Positions 21,895-31,838 of a stretch of 64,000 nucleotides of DNA are shown one piece after another; position 1 is the first letter of the stretch, and each line of letters starts with the position of its first letter. The stretch comes from a virus. Position numbers and translations under genes: made by a program. The notes under the pieces were generated by a model. It saw nothing but the letters and a program-made list of their open reading frames with translations, ran no database searches and was not told the DNA's origin. Location: positions 33,957 through 97,956 of IMG/VR virus record IMGVR_UViG_3300022602_000051; one strand, given 5' to 3'.

Positions 21895-23496
21895 ATGACT
21901 TATAGTGTAAAAAATAGTGCAGGTACAGTTACATACAATGTTGCAGACGGTGCAGCTAATACAAATGCTATAAGCTTAACTTTTATGGGTAAAGGTGAAA
22001 CCAATTATGGCACCTACCTTAACGAAAACTTTCTTTGGCTTTTAGAAAATTTTAGTAATAATAGTTCAAATCCACCAGCACTTCCTGTTCAAGGACAGTT
22101 ATGGTGGGATAGCACTTATAAATTTTTAAATGTTTATGATGGCAGTAAGTGGAATACAGTTTATGGAAACCTTGCTACATTAACTGTTAACGGCGCAGTA
22201 TCAAGCAGTTCTGTTACTGCTGCCACAATAGGTAATAGTATAACCACTTATACAGGTGTAAGTGCAAATCTTGTTGGTGGAGTTACAAGTGTTGGACAAA
22301 ACTTTAATGCAAATCCTGTAAGCACAGACGCTGGTAGAATATTTGGGGTCTATAATCTTAACTATATGCCAGGCGCAAGTTATAGCCCTTCTGATAATCG
22401 TATTTTTGATTTTGGCGTCACTACTGGTAATATTGCATATGTTAGAACAAATGGTTCTAATGGAGTACAATGGTATGCGGCTGGTAATGGAACGAGTTTT
22501 AATAATGCATTACTACCATTAAGTAACACAAGCATAAATTTTGGAAGTGCAACTAATTACTGGAATAACATTTATGCGGCTAATGGAACAATTCTTACAA
22601 GTTTAGGAGTTGGAACAAGTTCGCCGCTGTATACACTTGATGTAAAGAGTCCAAGTGGCGAGTACCGAACGGCTATTTTTGAAACAGCAAGCACACTTGG
22701 TCCATCAATTCAAATTAAAGGTAGTAAGATTTATGAATTAAGAAGCACTGATGTTGGAGCGAGTGAAGGTGCTGGTTTATTCTTTATCTATGATAAAGAT
22801 AATAATATTTCTCGCTTAACTGTTAATAGTAACGGGTATGTTGGTATCGGTGGAATAACATCTCCAACTGCACCATTAGATGTAAATGGTAATATTACTG
22901 CAAGAACTGCAAATATCTATGCGGGAAATCTTATTGCTAATACTGCTATATATAGTGCATCATATTATTGGGCAAACGGCACACCATTTGTAAGTTCAAA
23001 TTATGGCAATACACAAGTTGCTGGTTACCTTGGTGTTGTTGCAACAAGCATTGTTCCTTCTGTTAGCAATACCTATACTTTAGGTAGTTCAACAAATTGG
23101 TGGACTACATCCTATACGCAAAGCGTTCAGGCAAAATACGCTGACTTGGCCGAAAAATATTTGACAGATCAAGATTATCCTATTGGAACTGTTGTAATGG
23201 TAGGCGGCGATGCAGAAGTTACACAACATGATGGTCGCGCCGTTCGTGCTGTTGGAACAGTAAGTCAAAACCCAGCTTATATGATGAATGATGGTCTTGA
23301 AGGCGGAACTTATATTGCACTTAAAGGACGAGTTCCTGTTCGTGTAATTGGTCCAGTGCAAAAAGGTCAATCACTGCGTGGCGCACCGTGGGGTGTTGCT
23401 ATGGCAGAAGAAATGAGCAGCGCATATACATTTGCTATTGCATTGGAAACAGTTGCAGACCCAATTCAAACTATAATTGAGGCAGTTATACTATGA
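21895..23496 (+). CDS. Tail fibre with C-terminal intramolecular-chaperone (peptidase G2-like) autocleavage domain
   Basis: Shared N-terminal anchor; GVGT/GIGG fibre repeats; C-terminal YADLAEKY...GTVV...NPAYMMN...[11 protein letters not shown]. Confidence 0.75.
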   Translation: MTYSVKNSAGTVTYNVADGAANTNAISLTFMGKGETNYGTYLNENFLWLLENFSNNSSNPPALPVQGQLWWDSTYKFLNVYDGSKWNTVYGNLATLTVNGAVSSSSVTAATIGNSITTYTGVSANLVGGVTSVGQNFNANPVSTDAGRIFGVYNLNYMPGASYSPSDNRIFDFGVTTGNIAYVRTNGSNGVQWYAAGNGTSFNNALLPLSNTSINFGSATNYWNNIYAANGTILTSLGVGTSSPLYTLDVKSPSGEYRTAIFETASTLGPSIQIKGSKIYELRSTDVGASEGAGLFFIYDKDNNISRLTVNSNGYVGIGGITSPTAPLDVNGNITARTANIYAGNLIANTAIYSASYYWANGTPFVSSNYGNTQVAGYLGVVATSIVPSVSNTYTLGSSTNWWTTSYTQSVQAKYADLAEKYLTDQDYPIGTVVMVGGDAEVTQHDGRAVRAVGTVSQNPAYMMNDGLEGGTYIALKGRVPVRVIGPVQKGQSLRGAPWGVAMAEEMSSAYTFAIALETVADPIQTIIEAVIL

Positions 23497-24782
23497 GAGG
23501 TTTATTTCTTAATACAAGAATAAATGCAGGCAGTGCAACCTATAATAGTAGCGGAAACTTTGTTACGCCATATAAAGTAAGAACAGTATCATTTAGTGGA
23601 CACGGCGGTAATGGTGGAAACGGTGGTTCTGGCGGTCAAGGTGGACAAGGCGGTCAAGGCGGCACTGGTTTTTCTGGTAATGCGGGCAATAATGGAACTG
23701 CTGGTAACGGTGGAACAGGCGGTGCTGGTGGATATGGTGGCACAGGCGGAAACGGTGGTTCAGGTAATGGAAACTGCACAGCACCTGGCAATGGTGGTTC
23801 TGGCGGTAGTCCAGGCGGCGTTTCTGGTAACAGTGGTAACAAAGGCAGAAGTTCTTATAACCAATTTGGTAATGGTGGTAATGGCGGTAGTGCATACTGT
23901 ACTACTGGTGGCAGTGGTGGTGCTGGTGGACGTGCTGGTGACAATCAATGCGGCGGTTATACCCCTTCTGGCGGTGGCGGCGGTGGCGGAGGCGGATACG
24001 GCTCACCTGGCAATGCTGGCAATAGTGGTAATGCTGGTGCAAATGGTAATAGTGGAAGTGCTGGTAACAGTGGCGGCAATGGTGGAAGCGGCGCTACTGG
24101 AAATAGCGGTGGCAGCGGAAACGCAACACAGTTTGGTAATATAGTATCATTTAGCGGAACATCTGGCGGTGCTGGTGGCAATGGTGGAACTGGTGGTGCT
24201 GGTGGCAACGGTGGCGCTGGTGGTAATGGCGGCGCAGCAGGTAATGCAGGAACATCTGGTAATGCTGGCGGAACAGGTGGTGCAGGCGGCGGAGGCGGAG
24301 GCGGCGGTTCTTCTGGATGGCGTGATGGCGCACAAGGCGGTTATGCTGGTAACGCTGGCAGCGGAGGCACAAGTCCTGGTAATGGTGGTGGTGGCGGTGC
24401 TGGCTTTGGTCAAGGCGGTAGTGGCAACGCTGGTGGCAGTGGTGCAAGTGGAAACGCAGGCAGCAATGGATATGGCGCAACAAATGGAAATGCTGGCAGT
24501 GCTGGTGGTAATGGTTCAAATGGCGCAAGTGGCAACGCTGGTGCGTCTGCATCTATAAACAACACAAGTAATGCCAATGGAACAATTGTTCCATTTACAA
24601 CATATGCAGTAACTGTTGGCAGCGGCGGCAGTGCTGGAACTGGTGGCAGCGGTGGCAGTGGCGGAAGTGGCGGCACTGGTGCTTCAACTGGTTCAAGTGG
24701 AAATAGCGGTTCTACTGGTGCAAGTGGTAATGCTGGTAACAGTGGAACAATTACAATTTCTTGGCCTAATCAGGGTCTATAA
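23493..24782 (+). CDS. Glycine-rich (GNAG/GSGG repeat) putative fibre-tip adhesin
   Basis: Long G-x-x repeats framed by [12 protein letters not shown] and [10 protein letters not shown]...GTITISW; coupled (ATGA) to the fibre gene. Confidence 0.65.
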   Translation: MRGLFLNTRINAGSATYNSSGNFVTPYKVRTVSFSGHGGNGGNGGSGGQGGQGGQGGTGFSGNAGNNGTAGNGGTGGAGGYGGTGGNGGSGNGNCTAPGNGGSGGSPGGVSGNSGNKGRSSYNQFGNGGNGGSAYCTTGGSGGAGGRAGDNQCGGYTPSGGGGGGGGGYGSPGNAGNSGNAGANGNSGSAGNSGGNGGSGATGNSGGSGNATQFGNIVSFSGTSGGAGGNGGTGGAGGNGGAGGNGGAAGNAGTSGNAGGTGGAGGGGGGGGSSGWRDGAQGGYAGNAGSGGTSPGNGGGGGAGFGQGGSGNAGGSGASGNAGSNGYGATNGNAGSAGGNGSNGASGNAGASASINNTSNANGTIVPFTTYAVTVGSGGSAGTGGSGGSGGSGGTGASTGSSGNSGSTGASGNAGNSGTITISWPNQGL

Positions 24783-24796
24783 ACACGGAGACGAAA

Positions 24797-25105
24797 ATGA
24801 GTATTATTAAAATTAAAGATATTTGTTTATGCACTGGTTTAACCAAAGACAATAACGAAAATCGTGAAGCTTATGATTGGTTAACCGCAAACGGAGTTCC
24901 TTTTAAACTTCTTGCATATAACGATCCTGCACAACACCCAGATGTATTTGCAAGTATACAAACGTGGGTTAGTGATAAAAATATCAACACATTTCCATTA
25001 GTTCATTATCACGAAGTTGATGACCAGTATAATATTACAGGCGTTGTTCTTGTAGGATTAGCTGAAATTCAAGCAAGCAACATAGTAGAATTAAGCAAAC
25101 TCTAA
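24797..25105 (+). CDS. Hypothetical protein, possible glutaredoxin-like fold without CxxC
   Basis: GGAG SD. AYDWLTANGVPF...TFPLV resembles the glutaredoxin helix and cis-Pro motif. Confidence 0.45.
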   Translation: MSIIKIKDICLCTGLTKDNNENREAYDWLTANGVPFKLLAYNDPAQHPDVFASIQTWVSDKNINTFPLVHYHEVDDQYNITGVVLVGLAEIQASNIVELSKL

Positions 25106-25314
25106 TGGACAATGACATAGACATTCGCAGACTGCAGATTGTCATGTCGTGTTATGATAAATTGCCGCCTGAATTGCGTCAGTGGATAGCAAATTTAGAC
25201 TTTTCTTTGCATGATGACCATATTTTGCGTGGTCTTAAAGAGATAGAACGCTGCAAAATTTATGTTGAAGGCAACGGAGAGATAAGTTATTATAGTGGCA
25301 ATGGTCAAAATTAA
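25105..25314 (+). CDS. Small hypothetical protein (DUF6525-like by recall)
   Basis: YDKLPPELRQWIA motif; TAATG coupling to the upstream gene. Confidence 0.45.
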   Translation: MDNDIDIRRLQIVMSCYDKLPPELRQWIANLDFSLHDDHILRGLKEIERCKIYVEGNGEISYYSGNGQN

Positions 25315-25319
25315 TAACT

Positions 25320-26039
25320 ATGTTCAAATCATTTTTTGGTGATAATAAAGAAGTAAGATTTAGTTGCGCCGATGAATATTGGGATGTAATTCCAAAACCA
25401 TATTCTGCACGTAAATTTATACCAGATTGGTACAAATCATTGCCAATGAAAATAAACAATGAGGAACGCTTGAATAACAACACAGTTAAACGCTGCGTTC
25501 CTTTTTTTGATGCAATGAGCATAGGTTATATTATTCCGCTATCAGCAGATGTTTGGTTTAAATCAAATGATGATTGCAGTGGGCTTGAATGGGATAGCCA
25601 ATTTCCAGACCCGCTGATTAGACAGCATAGTAAAGAACAAATTAGCGGCGGCAGCGTTCGTAATCCCAAAGATCATATACCACCAATGAAATTTGTATCG
25701 CAATGGATTATTGAAACACCGCCTGGTTGGAGCACATTGTTTATTCCGCCAATAAATCGCAGAGACGAACGATTTGAATGTATGGGTGGTTTAGTTGATA
25801 CTGACAACTACTTTAACAATATACAGTTGCCATTCTTTTTTACAAAACCAAACTATGATGGCATTATCAAAGCAGGCACTCCGTTAGTTCAGGCTATCCC
25901 AGTTAAGCGCAGCGAATATCTTTCTAAAGCAAAAGTTGAAAAATTTTCCGATAACGATTATAAAAGATTGAATAAAACAAAATTAAAGATAAGTTCGCAC
26001 GAGAGTTATTATCGTGATGAAGTTGTAGAGAAGAAATAA
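25320..26039 (+). CDS. Conserved phage hypothetical protein, DUF6065-like (paralog 1)
   Basis: IPDWYK...TVKRCVPFFDAM..GYIIPL...TPPGWSTLF...GLVDTD...AGTPLVQAIP. Confidence 0.6.
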   Translation: MFKSFFGDNKEVRFSCADEYWDVIPKPYSARKFIPDWYKSLPMKINNEERLNNNTVKRCVPFFDAMSIGYIIPLSADVWFKSNDDCSGLEWDSQFPDPLIRQHSKEQISGGSVRNPKDHIPPMKFVSQWIIETPPGWSTLFIPPINRRDERFECMGGLVDTDNYFNNIQLPFFFTKPNYDGIIKAGTPLVQAIPVKRSEYLSKAKVEKFSDNDYKRLNKTKLKISSHESYYRDEVVEKK

Positions 26040-26764
26040 TGTTTAAATCATTCTTTACTAAAGATAAAACTATTGAATTTACCTGTGGTGAAGAATTATG
26101 GGATGTAATTCCAAAACCTTATGCTTCACGAAAATTTATTCCAGATTGGTTCAAAGCACTGCCTATGAATCTTGGACCAGAACAAAACGTTGCGGACCAT
26201 TTTGAAAACAGCACTATTAAAAAATGCATGCCTTTTCTTGACGCCATGACTGCTGGTTATATTATTCCACTTGCTGCTGATGTAGAATTTGAATCAAATG
26301 CAGACGCAACTGGTGTTAGTTGGTTTACAAAATTTCCTTTTTCAGTAATTGAAAAGCATGGCAAGGACCAAATTACAAGCGACAAGTCTCCTAATCCTAT
26401 GGCACATATGCCACCATTAAAGTTCATAAACTTTTGGAAAATTAAAACGCCACCAGGTTGGAGCACACTATTCTTACCGCCACTTAACAGACCTGACCCA
26501 CGATTTGTTTGTTATAGTGGCTTGGTGGATACTGACAATTATGATAATGTTGTAAACTTTCCTTTCTTTTTTACGCAACCTAACTTTTTAGGTGTAATTA
26601 AAGCTGGCACACCACTTATTCAAGCTATTCCTATTAAGCGCGAAAGTTTAAAAACTACGACACGAGCAATGACACCCAAAGAAGAAGAAAATCTTGTTAA
26701 GTTTCAAAATAGATTAAAATATAAAAAAGGTTTATACAAAGACGATATAGTGGAGAAAAAGTAA
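26039..26764 (+). CDS. Conserved phage hypothetical protein, DUF6065-like (paralog 2)
   Basis: Colinear with the preceding ORF; both start MFKSFF and end VEKK. Confidence 0.6.
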   Translation: MFKSFFTKDKTIEFTCGEELWDVIPKPYASRKFIPDWFKALPMNLGPEQNVADHFENSTIKKCMPFLDAMTAGYIIPLAADVEFESNADATGVSWFTKFPFSVIEKHGKDQITSDKSPNPMAHMPPLKFINFWKIKTPPGWSTLFLPPLNRPDPRFVCYSGLVDTDNYDNVVNFPFFFTQPNFLGVIKAGTPLIQAIPIKRESLKTTTRAMTPKEEENLVKFQNRLKYKKGLYKDDIVEKK

Positions 26765-27381
26765 TGGAACCGTGGATATATTTTGGCACTCCAGTGTATA
26801 GTTTTATAATGCAGGATTACTTGCCAGTTGCACGAGAAGTGTGCAATGAATATCTTGATGCTATCAAAAAAGAAACAGAATTAGATCAAATATACCCACT
26901 ATATCAAACATATTCATTTAATACAGATAGCAGAATCAGCAATCTTTCAACAGAAATAATGCGCACTGGCTATAATATTCTTGATGACCAAGGATATGAT
27001 TTATCAAACTATGAATTATTTTATACTGAATTTTGGTGTCAAGAGCATCTCACAACAAGTGGACAAGAACGACATGTTCACGGATATAATAATGTGCTAA
27101 CTGGTTTTTATTTTTTAGATTGTCCTGAAAATTGTTCCAGATTAGTAATTCACGAACCAAGGTCAGCTAAAGAATTTGGTAATTTTCTACCAGAAAAAGA
27201 TAACAATATAGGAACATTAGCAAGTCAAGCTATAAATTTTGTTCCGCAAGAAGGTCAACTTATTATAACAAACAGTTGGATTCACCATACTTTTACAAGA
27301 AACGGTTCCACAATGCCTTTTAAGATGATTCATTTTAACATAAGTGCTCGTTGGAATCCTAAACAACCAGAGATCATATGA
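26764..27381 (+). CDS. Putative 2OG-Fe(II) oxygenase (TIGR02466-like)
   Basis: HVH...LTGFYFL...WIHH...IHFN double-stranded beta-helix pattern. Confidence 0.7.
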   Translation: MEPWIYFGTPVYSFIMQDYLPVAREVCNEYLDAIKKETELDQIYPLYQTYSFNTDSRISNLSTEIMRTGYNILDDQGYDLSNYELFYTEFWCQEHLTTSGQERHVHGYNNVLTGFYFLDCPENCSRLVIHEPRSAKEFGNFLPEKDNNIGTLASQAINFVPQEGQLIITNSWIHHTFTRNGSTMPFKMIHFNISARWNPKQPEII

Positions 27382-27605
27382 ACAAATATCATATTCGTTT
27401 TAATAAAAGCAGAGGTCAAAGTGGTCGTGGAACGATTGAACATGTTTGGCGTGTGTTTGAAAACGGTAAAGAATTTTTAGTCAAACATTTACAAATCAAT
27501 GTTCCATGCCATGATGAAACCGATGGTGTAGATTGGAATATTTGTTGTTATGGCGTTATGCATATAGATAGTGATACAAGCACGGCGATTATAAATGAAT
27601 CTTGA
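27378..27605 (+). CDS. Small hypothetical protein
   Basis: 75-aa ORF overlapping both neighbours; GAG SD. Confidence 0.6.
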   Translation: MNKYHIRFNKSRGQSGRGTIEHVWRVFENGKEFLVKHLQINVPCHDETDGVDWNICCYGVMHIDSDTSTAIINES

Positions 27606-28176
27606 ACATATATTTGTCACACCATTCTTTCACGACTTCTTAAATTTATCGTCAACAGATTTAGAAGAATATGCGGTGCGTTTGCGTGGTCAAAGTGATG
27701 GGCGACAAAAATCTAATCGTCTTGGTTGGCAAAGCAATGATATACAAGGCGACGAAGAAGTGGCACCGCTTTTAGATGCTATAAATCAAAGATTGGTTGA
27801 CGTAAGCCGTTATAGCGGTTTAAAAAATGACAAGCGATTAGTTGTTGATAATATGTGGGTCAATATAAACTCAAAATATAGTTATAACCGAAGCCATATT
27901 CATGCCAAGTCAATCTTCAGTGGCACATATTATGTAAAAGTTCCTGATAATAGTGGAAATTTAAATTTTAAAAATCCTTCGCAATTGCAGCGGTTGTTTA
28001 TTCAAGATATTGATCACCATATTGAAGAATTAAATGACTTTGTTGCTCAAAATTGGATAGTGCAACCAAAGATAGACATGATGGTTTTGTTTCCAAGTTG
28101 GTTAGAACATGATGTAGATCAAAATCTTAATGATGATGTTAGAATCAGTATTGCTTTTAATACAGCAATCAAATAA
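27595..28176 (+). CDS. Putative 2OG-Fe(II) oxygenase (TIGR02466-like)
   Basis: GWQS...WVNIN...HIH...FSGTYYV...FPSWLEHDV...RISIAFN. Confidence 0.85.
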   Translation: MNLEHIFVTPFFHDFLNLSSTDLEEYAVRLRGQSDGRQKSNRLGWQSNDIQGDEEVAPLLDAINQRLVDVSRYSGLKNDKRLVVDNMWVNINSKYSYNRSHIHAKSIFSGTYYVKVPDNSGNLNFKNPSQLQRLFIQDIDHHIEELNDFVAQNWIVQPKIDMMVLFPSWLEHDVDQNLNDDVRISIAFNTAIK

Positions 28177-28179
28177 ATA
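28174..28179 (+). promoter_or_regulatory. Late promoter core TAAATA overlapping a stop codon
   Basis: Upstream of fibre gene 28201. Confidence 0.55.
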
Positions 28180-28200
28180 CTATAAACCAGGTTTTAAAAC

Positions 28201-29409
28201 ATGTCATATACATTAACCGTAGTCAATCATTCGCCCATCATTATCCAAAATGGTGCAACAGACAATACCACAAGCTTGACACTTGTGGGTAAAAACTATC
28301 CTAATTATGGTCAGCTTCTACAGCAAGATTTGATTAATATCTTGCAAAGTTGGGCTGGTTCATCACAGCCAGCTAATGCCGTCACTGGTCAACTTTGGTG
28401 GAATACATCAACTGGCGCACTACAAGTTTATACTGGTGCAGCTTTTAAAAATATTGGTGGCTCTACTGTTTCTACAACTGCACCAACTGCAACTGCTGTT
28501 CAGGGTGATTTGTGGTTCAAGAGCGATGACCAACAAATGTATGTTTATAACGGTGCTACTTGGTTGCTTATTGGACCAAGTTATACCAGTTCACAGCAGC
28601 TTACAGCAGCAACTGCACTTAATATTACTGACACTTCAAGTGCAAGTCATACTGTATTGGCATTTTATGTAGGTAATTTCCTAACTGGTATTATTAGCAA
28701 AGACCCAGTTTTTACTCCACAAACTACAATCAGTGGATTCTCAACAATTGGACCAGGCTATAATATCAATACAACAATTTTTACTGGCGCAGTTCCACTA
28801 AGTGGACAGCTTATTACAAACGCACAGCCATATGTTACCAGTCTTGGAACACTGACTGGACTAACAGTTGCAACTCCTATCATTGGCAGTATCTATAATG
28901 CAACCAATGTAACTGGCGCATCACAACCAAACATTACAGCAGTTGGCACACTCACAAGTTTAACAAGCAGCGGAACAATTACTGCTGTAAACCATGTTGG
29001 TGCACTAAACGGTATTGTTGGTGGCGTTACACCAAATACTGCTACATTCACAACAGCAACTATTAACAATCGTATTATTGAAACTGTTAATGCCATTGGT
29101 AGCGTTGGTTCAACTGCTACCATTGATTGGAGTGCTGGTGATGTGCAAACACTTACTCTGACAAACAACTGCACTCTTACATTTACAAATCCACCAAGCA
29201 GTGGAAAAACACAAACCCTAACACTTGTTGTATATCAAGATGCAACGGGAGGCAGAACTTTAACTTATCCAACTGGTATTCGTTGGAGTTATGGTCAAGC
29301 ACCTGTTCTAACAACAACACCAACATATCGTGATGTGCTATCATTTATTACATATGATGGTGGAACAACTTATCTTGGTGCTTATAGCATGGCAAACGTT
29401 GCCCCATAA
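28201..29409 (+). CDS. Tail fibre protein
   Basis: Shared N-terminal anchor; AQPYVTSLGTLTGL/SQPNITAVGTLTSL repeats; C-terminal TIDWSAG...QDATGGRTLT...DVLSF..YDGG head domain. Confidence 0.75.
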   Translation: MSYTLTVVNHSPIIIQNGATDNTTSLTLVGKNYPNYGQLLQQDLINILQSWAGSSQPANAVTGQLWWNTSTGALQVYTGAAFKNIGGSTVSTTAPTATAVQGDLWFKSDDQQMYVYNGATWLLIGPSYTSSQQLTAATALNITDTSSASHTVLAFYVGNFLTGIISKDPVFTPQTTISGFSTIGPGYNINTTIFTGAVPLSGQLITNAQPYVTSLGTLTGLTVATPIIGSIYNATNVTGASQPNITAVGTLTSLTSSGTITAVNHVGALNGIVGGVTPNTATFTTATINNRIIETVNAIGSVGSTATIDWSAGDVQTLTLTNNCTLTFTNPPSSGKTQTLTLVVYQDATGGRTLTYPTGIRWSYGQAPVLTTTPTYRDVLSFITYDGGTTYLGAYSMANVAP

Positions 29410-29418
29410 GGAAATAAT

Positions 29419-29814
29419 ATGTCAACATTAGCAATTTCAGTTTTTACAGATGAACAATATGATGATGGACTACTTGTAGTTTTGGGCAGTGACACTACCG
29501 AAGCTACATTAGCAACAAAATCACATGATCCAAAAGTTCTTGGCGTTACAACTGATTTAAACAATTGCGAAATTACTCTTGCTGAATTTGGTAACAATGC
29601 CACATTTCCTCTTGTTGCTGTTGCTGGTCGGATTGATTGTCAAGTTCAAGGACCAATAGATGAAGGCGATTGTGTTGTAACAAGTGATCAACCTGGCATT
29701 GGTCAAAAACTTGACCCAACAAAATGGGTTCCTGGTTGTATTATTGGCAAAGCTGTCAATGCAATTCAAGACGACAGTGTTCAATTAATCAATATCGTTG
29801 TTGGATTACACTAA
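29419..29814 (+). CDS. Stand-alone fibre chaperone domain (peptidase G2/IMC-like, catalytic motif degenerate)
   Basis: VLGVTT...VAVAGRIDCQVQGPIDEGD...IIGKA aligns with the C-terminal domain of ORF 21895; has its own AAGGA SD. Confidence 0.65.
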   Translation: MSTLAISVFTDEQYDDGLLVVLGSDTTEATLATKSHDPKVLGVTTDLNNCEITLAEFGNNATFPLVAVAGRIDCQVQGPIDEGDCVVTSDQPGIGQKLDPTKWVPGCIIGKAVNAIQDDSVQLINIVVGLH

Positions 29815-29817
29815 ATA
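29812..29817 (+). promoter_or_regulatory. Late promoter core TAAATA overlapping a stop codon
   Basis: Upstream of ATG 29837. Confidence 0.55.
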
Positions 29818-29836
29818 TACTTGTGGGAAATAAAAT

Positions 29837-30745
29837 ATGACTTATGCAAGTGGCGGCCTAATTCAGGCAAGTGATTATAATGGTTTTGCAACCAGTGTTA
29901 ACCAATTATGGGGAACTGGTAGCGGTAACTATGGTTATGGTCAAAGCGGAACTCTAAACACTTCTATTACGGGCGTGGTTGCAGCAAGTGATTGGGCAAC
30001 TATGATTTCTCGCATGAGCACTATGCAACAGCATCAGTATAATAATACGACTGGCATTCCTTCACAACCAAGCAGCGGTGGTATTATTACATATCTAAGT
30101 CAGGTTTCTACTGCTATTAGTAGTTTACAAACCAACCGATTAGCTAATTATACTATAAGTTCTAATCCTACAAATAGTGCCAGTAATAACAGTAATTGGT
30201 ATTCAAGTCATCAATTTGCTTTTACATGGACATTTTCAAGTGGCGATGCTGCCAGATACTTTTTTAATCAAGGCGGAGTGCTACAGTTAGTTGTCAACAC
30301 CGCAACTATTAATGAGTCTCAGTGGAATACATTTGCTCTTACAAATTATTATTATGTTAATCTTGGTGCTAATAGTTTTTTCCATGGTGGAACAGTAGGT
30401 TCTACAACTCGTAGCACATATTTAAGTACGTATGGTTATTATAACTTGACAACAAGTTACGTAAACTATCTAGTATTATATGATACTGGCACAGGAAACA
30501 GTGCTTATAACAGTAATTATATTGCTATTGCTTTTAAGAGCAATGGAACACAAGGTTCAAATGGTGATCTTGGTAATGTTATTACTGGATACATGACATT
30601 CTATAATGCTGATTCAAATGGATTTCAATTGCCATTAAGTGGAACGTTAGGTGTTTGGTCTATATTTGCATATCCCGAAACGACTTATCTTTCTGCATCT
30701 TATGGCACTCCGTCAATGGCTACTATTGTAAACACTGTTACTTAA
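29837..30745 (+). CDS. Putative virion structural protein
   Basis: MTYASGGLIQASDYN...GYGQ...ARYFFNQGG; S/T/N/G-rich composition; late promoter upstream. Confidence 0.6.
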   Translation: MTYASGGLIQASDYNGFATSVNQLWGTGSGNYGYGQSGTLNTSITGVVAASDWATMISRMSTMQQHQYNNTTGIPSQPSSGGIITYLSQVSTAISSLQTNRLANYTISSNPTNSASNNSNWYSSHQFAFTWTFSSGDAARYFFNQGGVLQLVVNTATINESQWNTFALTNYYYVNLGANSFFHGGTVGSTTRSTYLSTYGYYNLTTSYVNYLVLYDTGTGNSAYNSNYIAIAFKSNGTQGSNGDLGNVITGYMTFYNADSNGFQLPLSGTLGVWSIFAYPETTYLSASYGTPSMATIVNTVT

Positions 30746-30778
30746 ATAATTGACATTACTGTTAGTATTTGATAAAAT
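30743..30778 (+). promoter_or_regulatory. Dual promoter: late TAAATA (30743-48) plus sigma70-type TTGACA-N17-TAAAAT with extended TG
   Basis: TTGACA at 30750-55 and TAAAAT at 30773-78; ATG lies 6 nt downstream with no SD. Confidence 0.7.
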
Positions 30779-30784
30779 AACCCT

Positions 30785-31105
30785 ATGACTCCAGAAGAAC
30801 TGCGTGAACGGGCTATTGAAGCCTACAATCGTGATTTAGCAAAACAAAATATTATAACTGCCATGGAATCACGCATGACAGTAAATTATAATGATGGCGT
30901 ATTCATTGTAACACAAGAACTTATAAGTTTCTTACATGCTTGGCAAGATGAATTAATTTATATGCTTGATGCATATGATGTTCCAATCCAAGTTGATGCG
31001 AACTATTTAAAAAAACTTTGCAAGCAGCGTTGGTGTGAAGTTATGAATGAATTTGCGTTAGAATACGAAGAGTATAAAAAGATTCGTAATGCAAAGCAAC
31101 TCTGA
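30785..31105 (+). CDS. Hypothetical protein, first gene of the glycosyltransferase/radical SAM operon
   Basis: 106-aa ORF overlapping the next gene. Confidence 0.7.
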   Translation: MTPEELRERAIEAYNRDLAKQNIITAMESRMTVNYNDGVFIVTQELISFLHAWQDELIYMLDAYDVPIQVDANYLKKLCKQRWCEVMNEFALEYEEYKKIRNAKQL

Positions 31106-31838
31106 AGGTTGTATCATATTTGCATACAACACAGATACCACTGATTATTTTAGTCAAGCAGTTGCGGCTGCTGATAGGGTTGAACATTACCTAAACATAC
31201 CTACAACTATTTTTACTAATGAATTTAAAACTTGTAAGCACAATATTATTCTTACAGAAACGCCAGAAACTAATTACAAACTTAAAAAACTGTGGCTCAA
31301 TCGAAGCCGAACACGTGCTTTTGAACTTTCACCCTATGATAAGACGCTAATAATTGATAGTGATTACTTTTTATGCACTGATAATCTAAACTATCACTTG
31401 CAAAGTTCTAAACCATTTTTAATAGCAAGTGAAGTTTATGAACCACTTACTGGCAAACGCACAGTCTATAATCTTGGTAAAACACAAATACCTATGATGT
31501 GGGCAACGGTAATGATTTTTGATAAGAGTGATGAAGCACGATGCATATTTGAGTGTGCAAGTTATGCTGAAAAACATTATAATTATTATAGTGATTTTTA
31601 TGGATTTAAACAACATCCAATACGAAACGATTATATCTTTACAATAGCCTGTCATCTTATGGGTGGATATGGCAGCAAGTCATATGCACTACAAAATTAT
31701 CCACTTGTAAATTGTTATGATATGGCATATCATAGTTGGGATAATGACAAATTAGTTTACAAATACGATAGCGGTAAAATCTATGGTAATCGTCTACAAA
31801 ATATGGATTTGCATCTTATGAAAAAGGATCAATTATGA
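31089..31838 (+). CDS. GT-A (GT8-like) glycosyltransferase-like protein
   Basis: AFELSPYDKTLIIDSDY (DxD)...WATVMIF...RNDY. Confidence 0.65.
   Translation: MQSNSEGCIIFAYNTDTTDYFSQAVAAADRVEHYLNIPTTIFTNEFKTCKHNIILTETPETNYKLKKLWLNRSRTRAFELSPYDKTLIIDSDYFLCTDNLNYHLQSSKPFLIASEVYEPLTGKRTVYNLGKTQIPMMWATVMIFDKSDEARCIFECASYAEKHYNYYSDFYGFKQHPIRNDYIFTIACHLMGGYGSKSYALQNYPLVNCYDMAYHSWDNDKLVYKYDSGKIYGNRLQNMDLHLMKKDQL

Noticed and set aside
23593-24810. Many alternative-frame and antisense ORFs (Pro-, His-, Thr- or Val-rich)
   Set aside because: Shadows of the GGN-repeat coding frame with no SD or promoter support.
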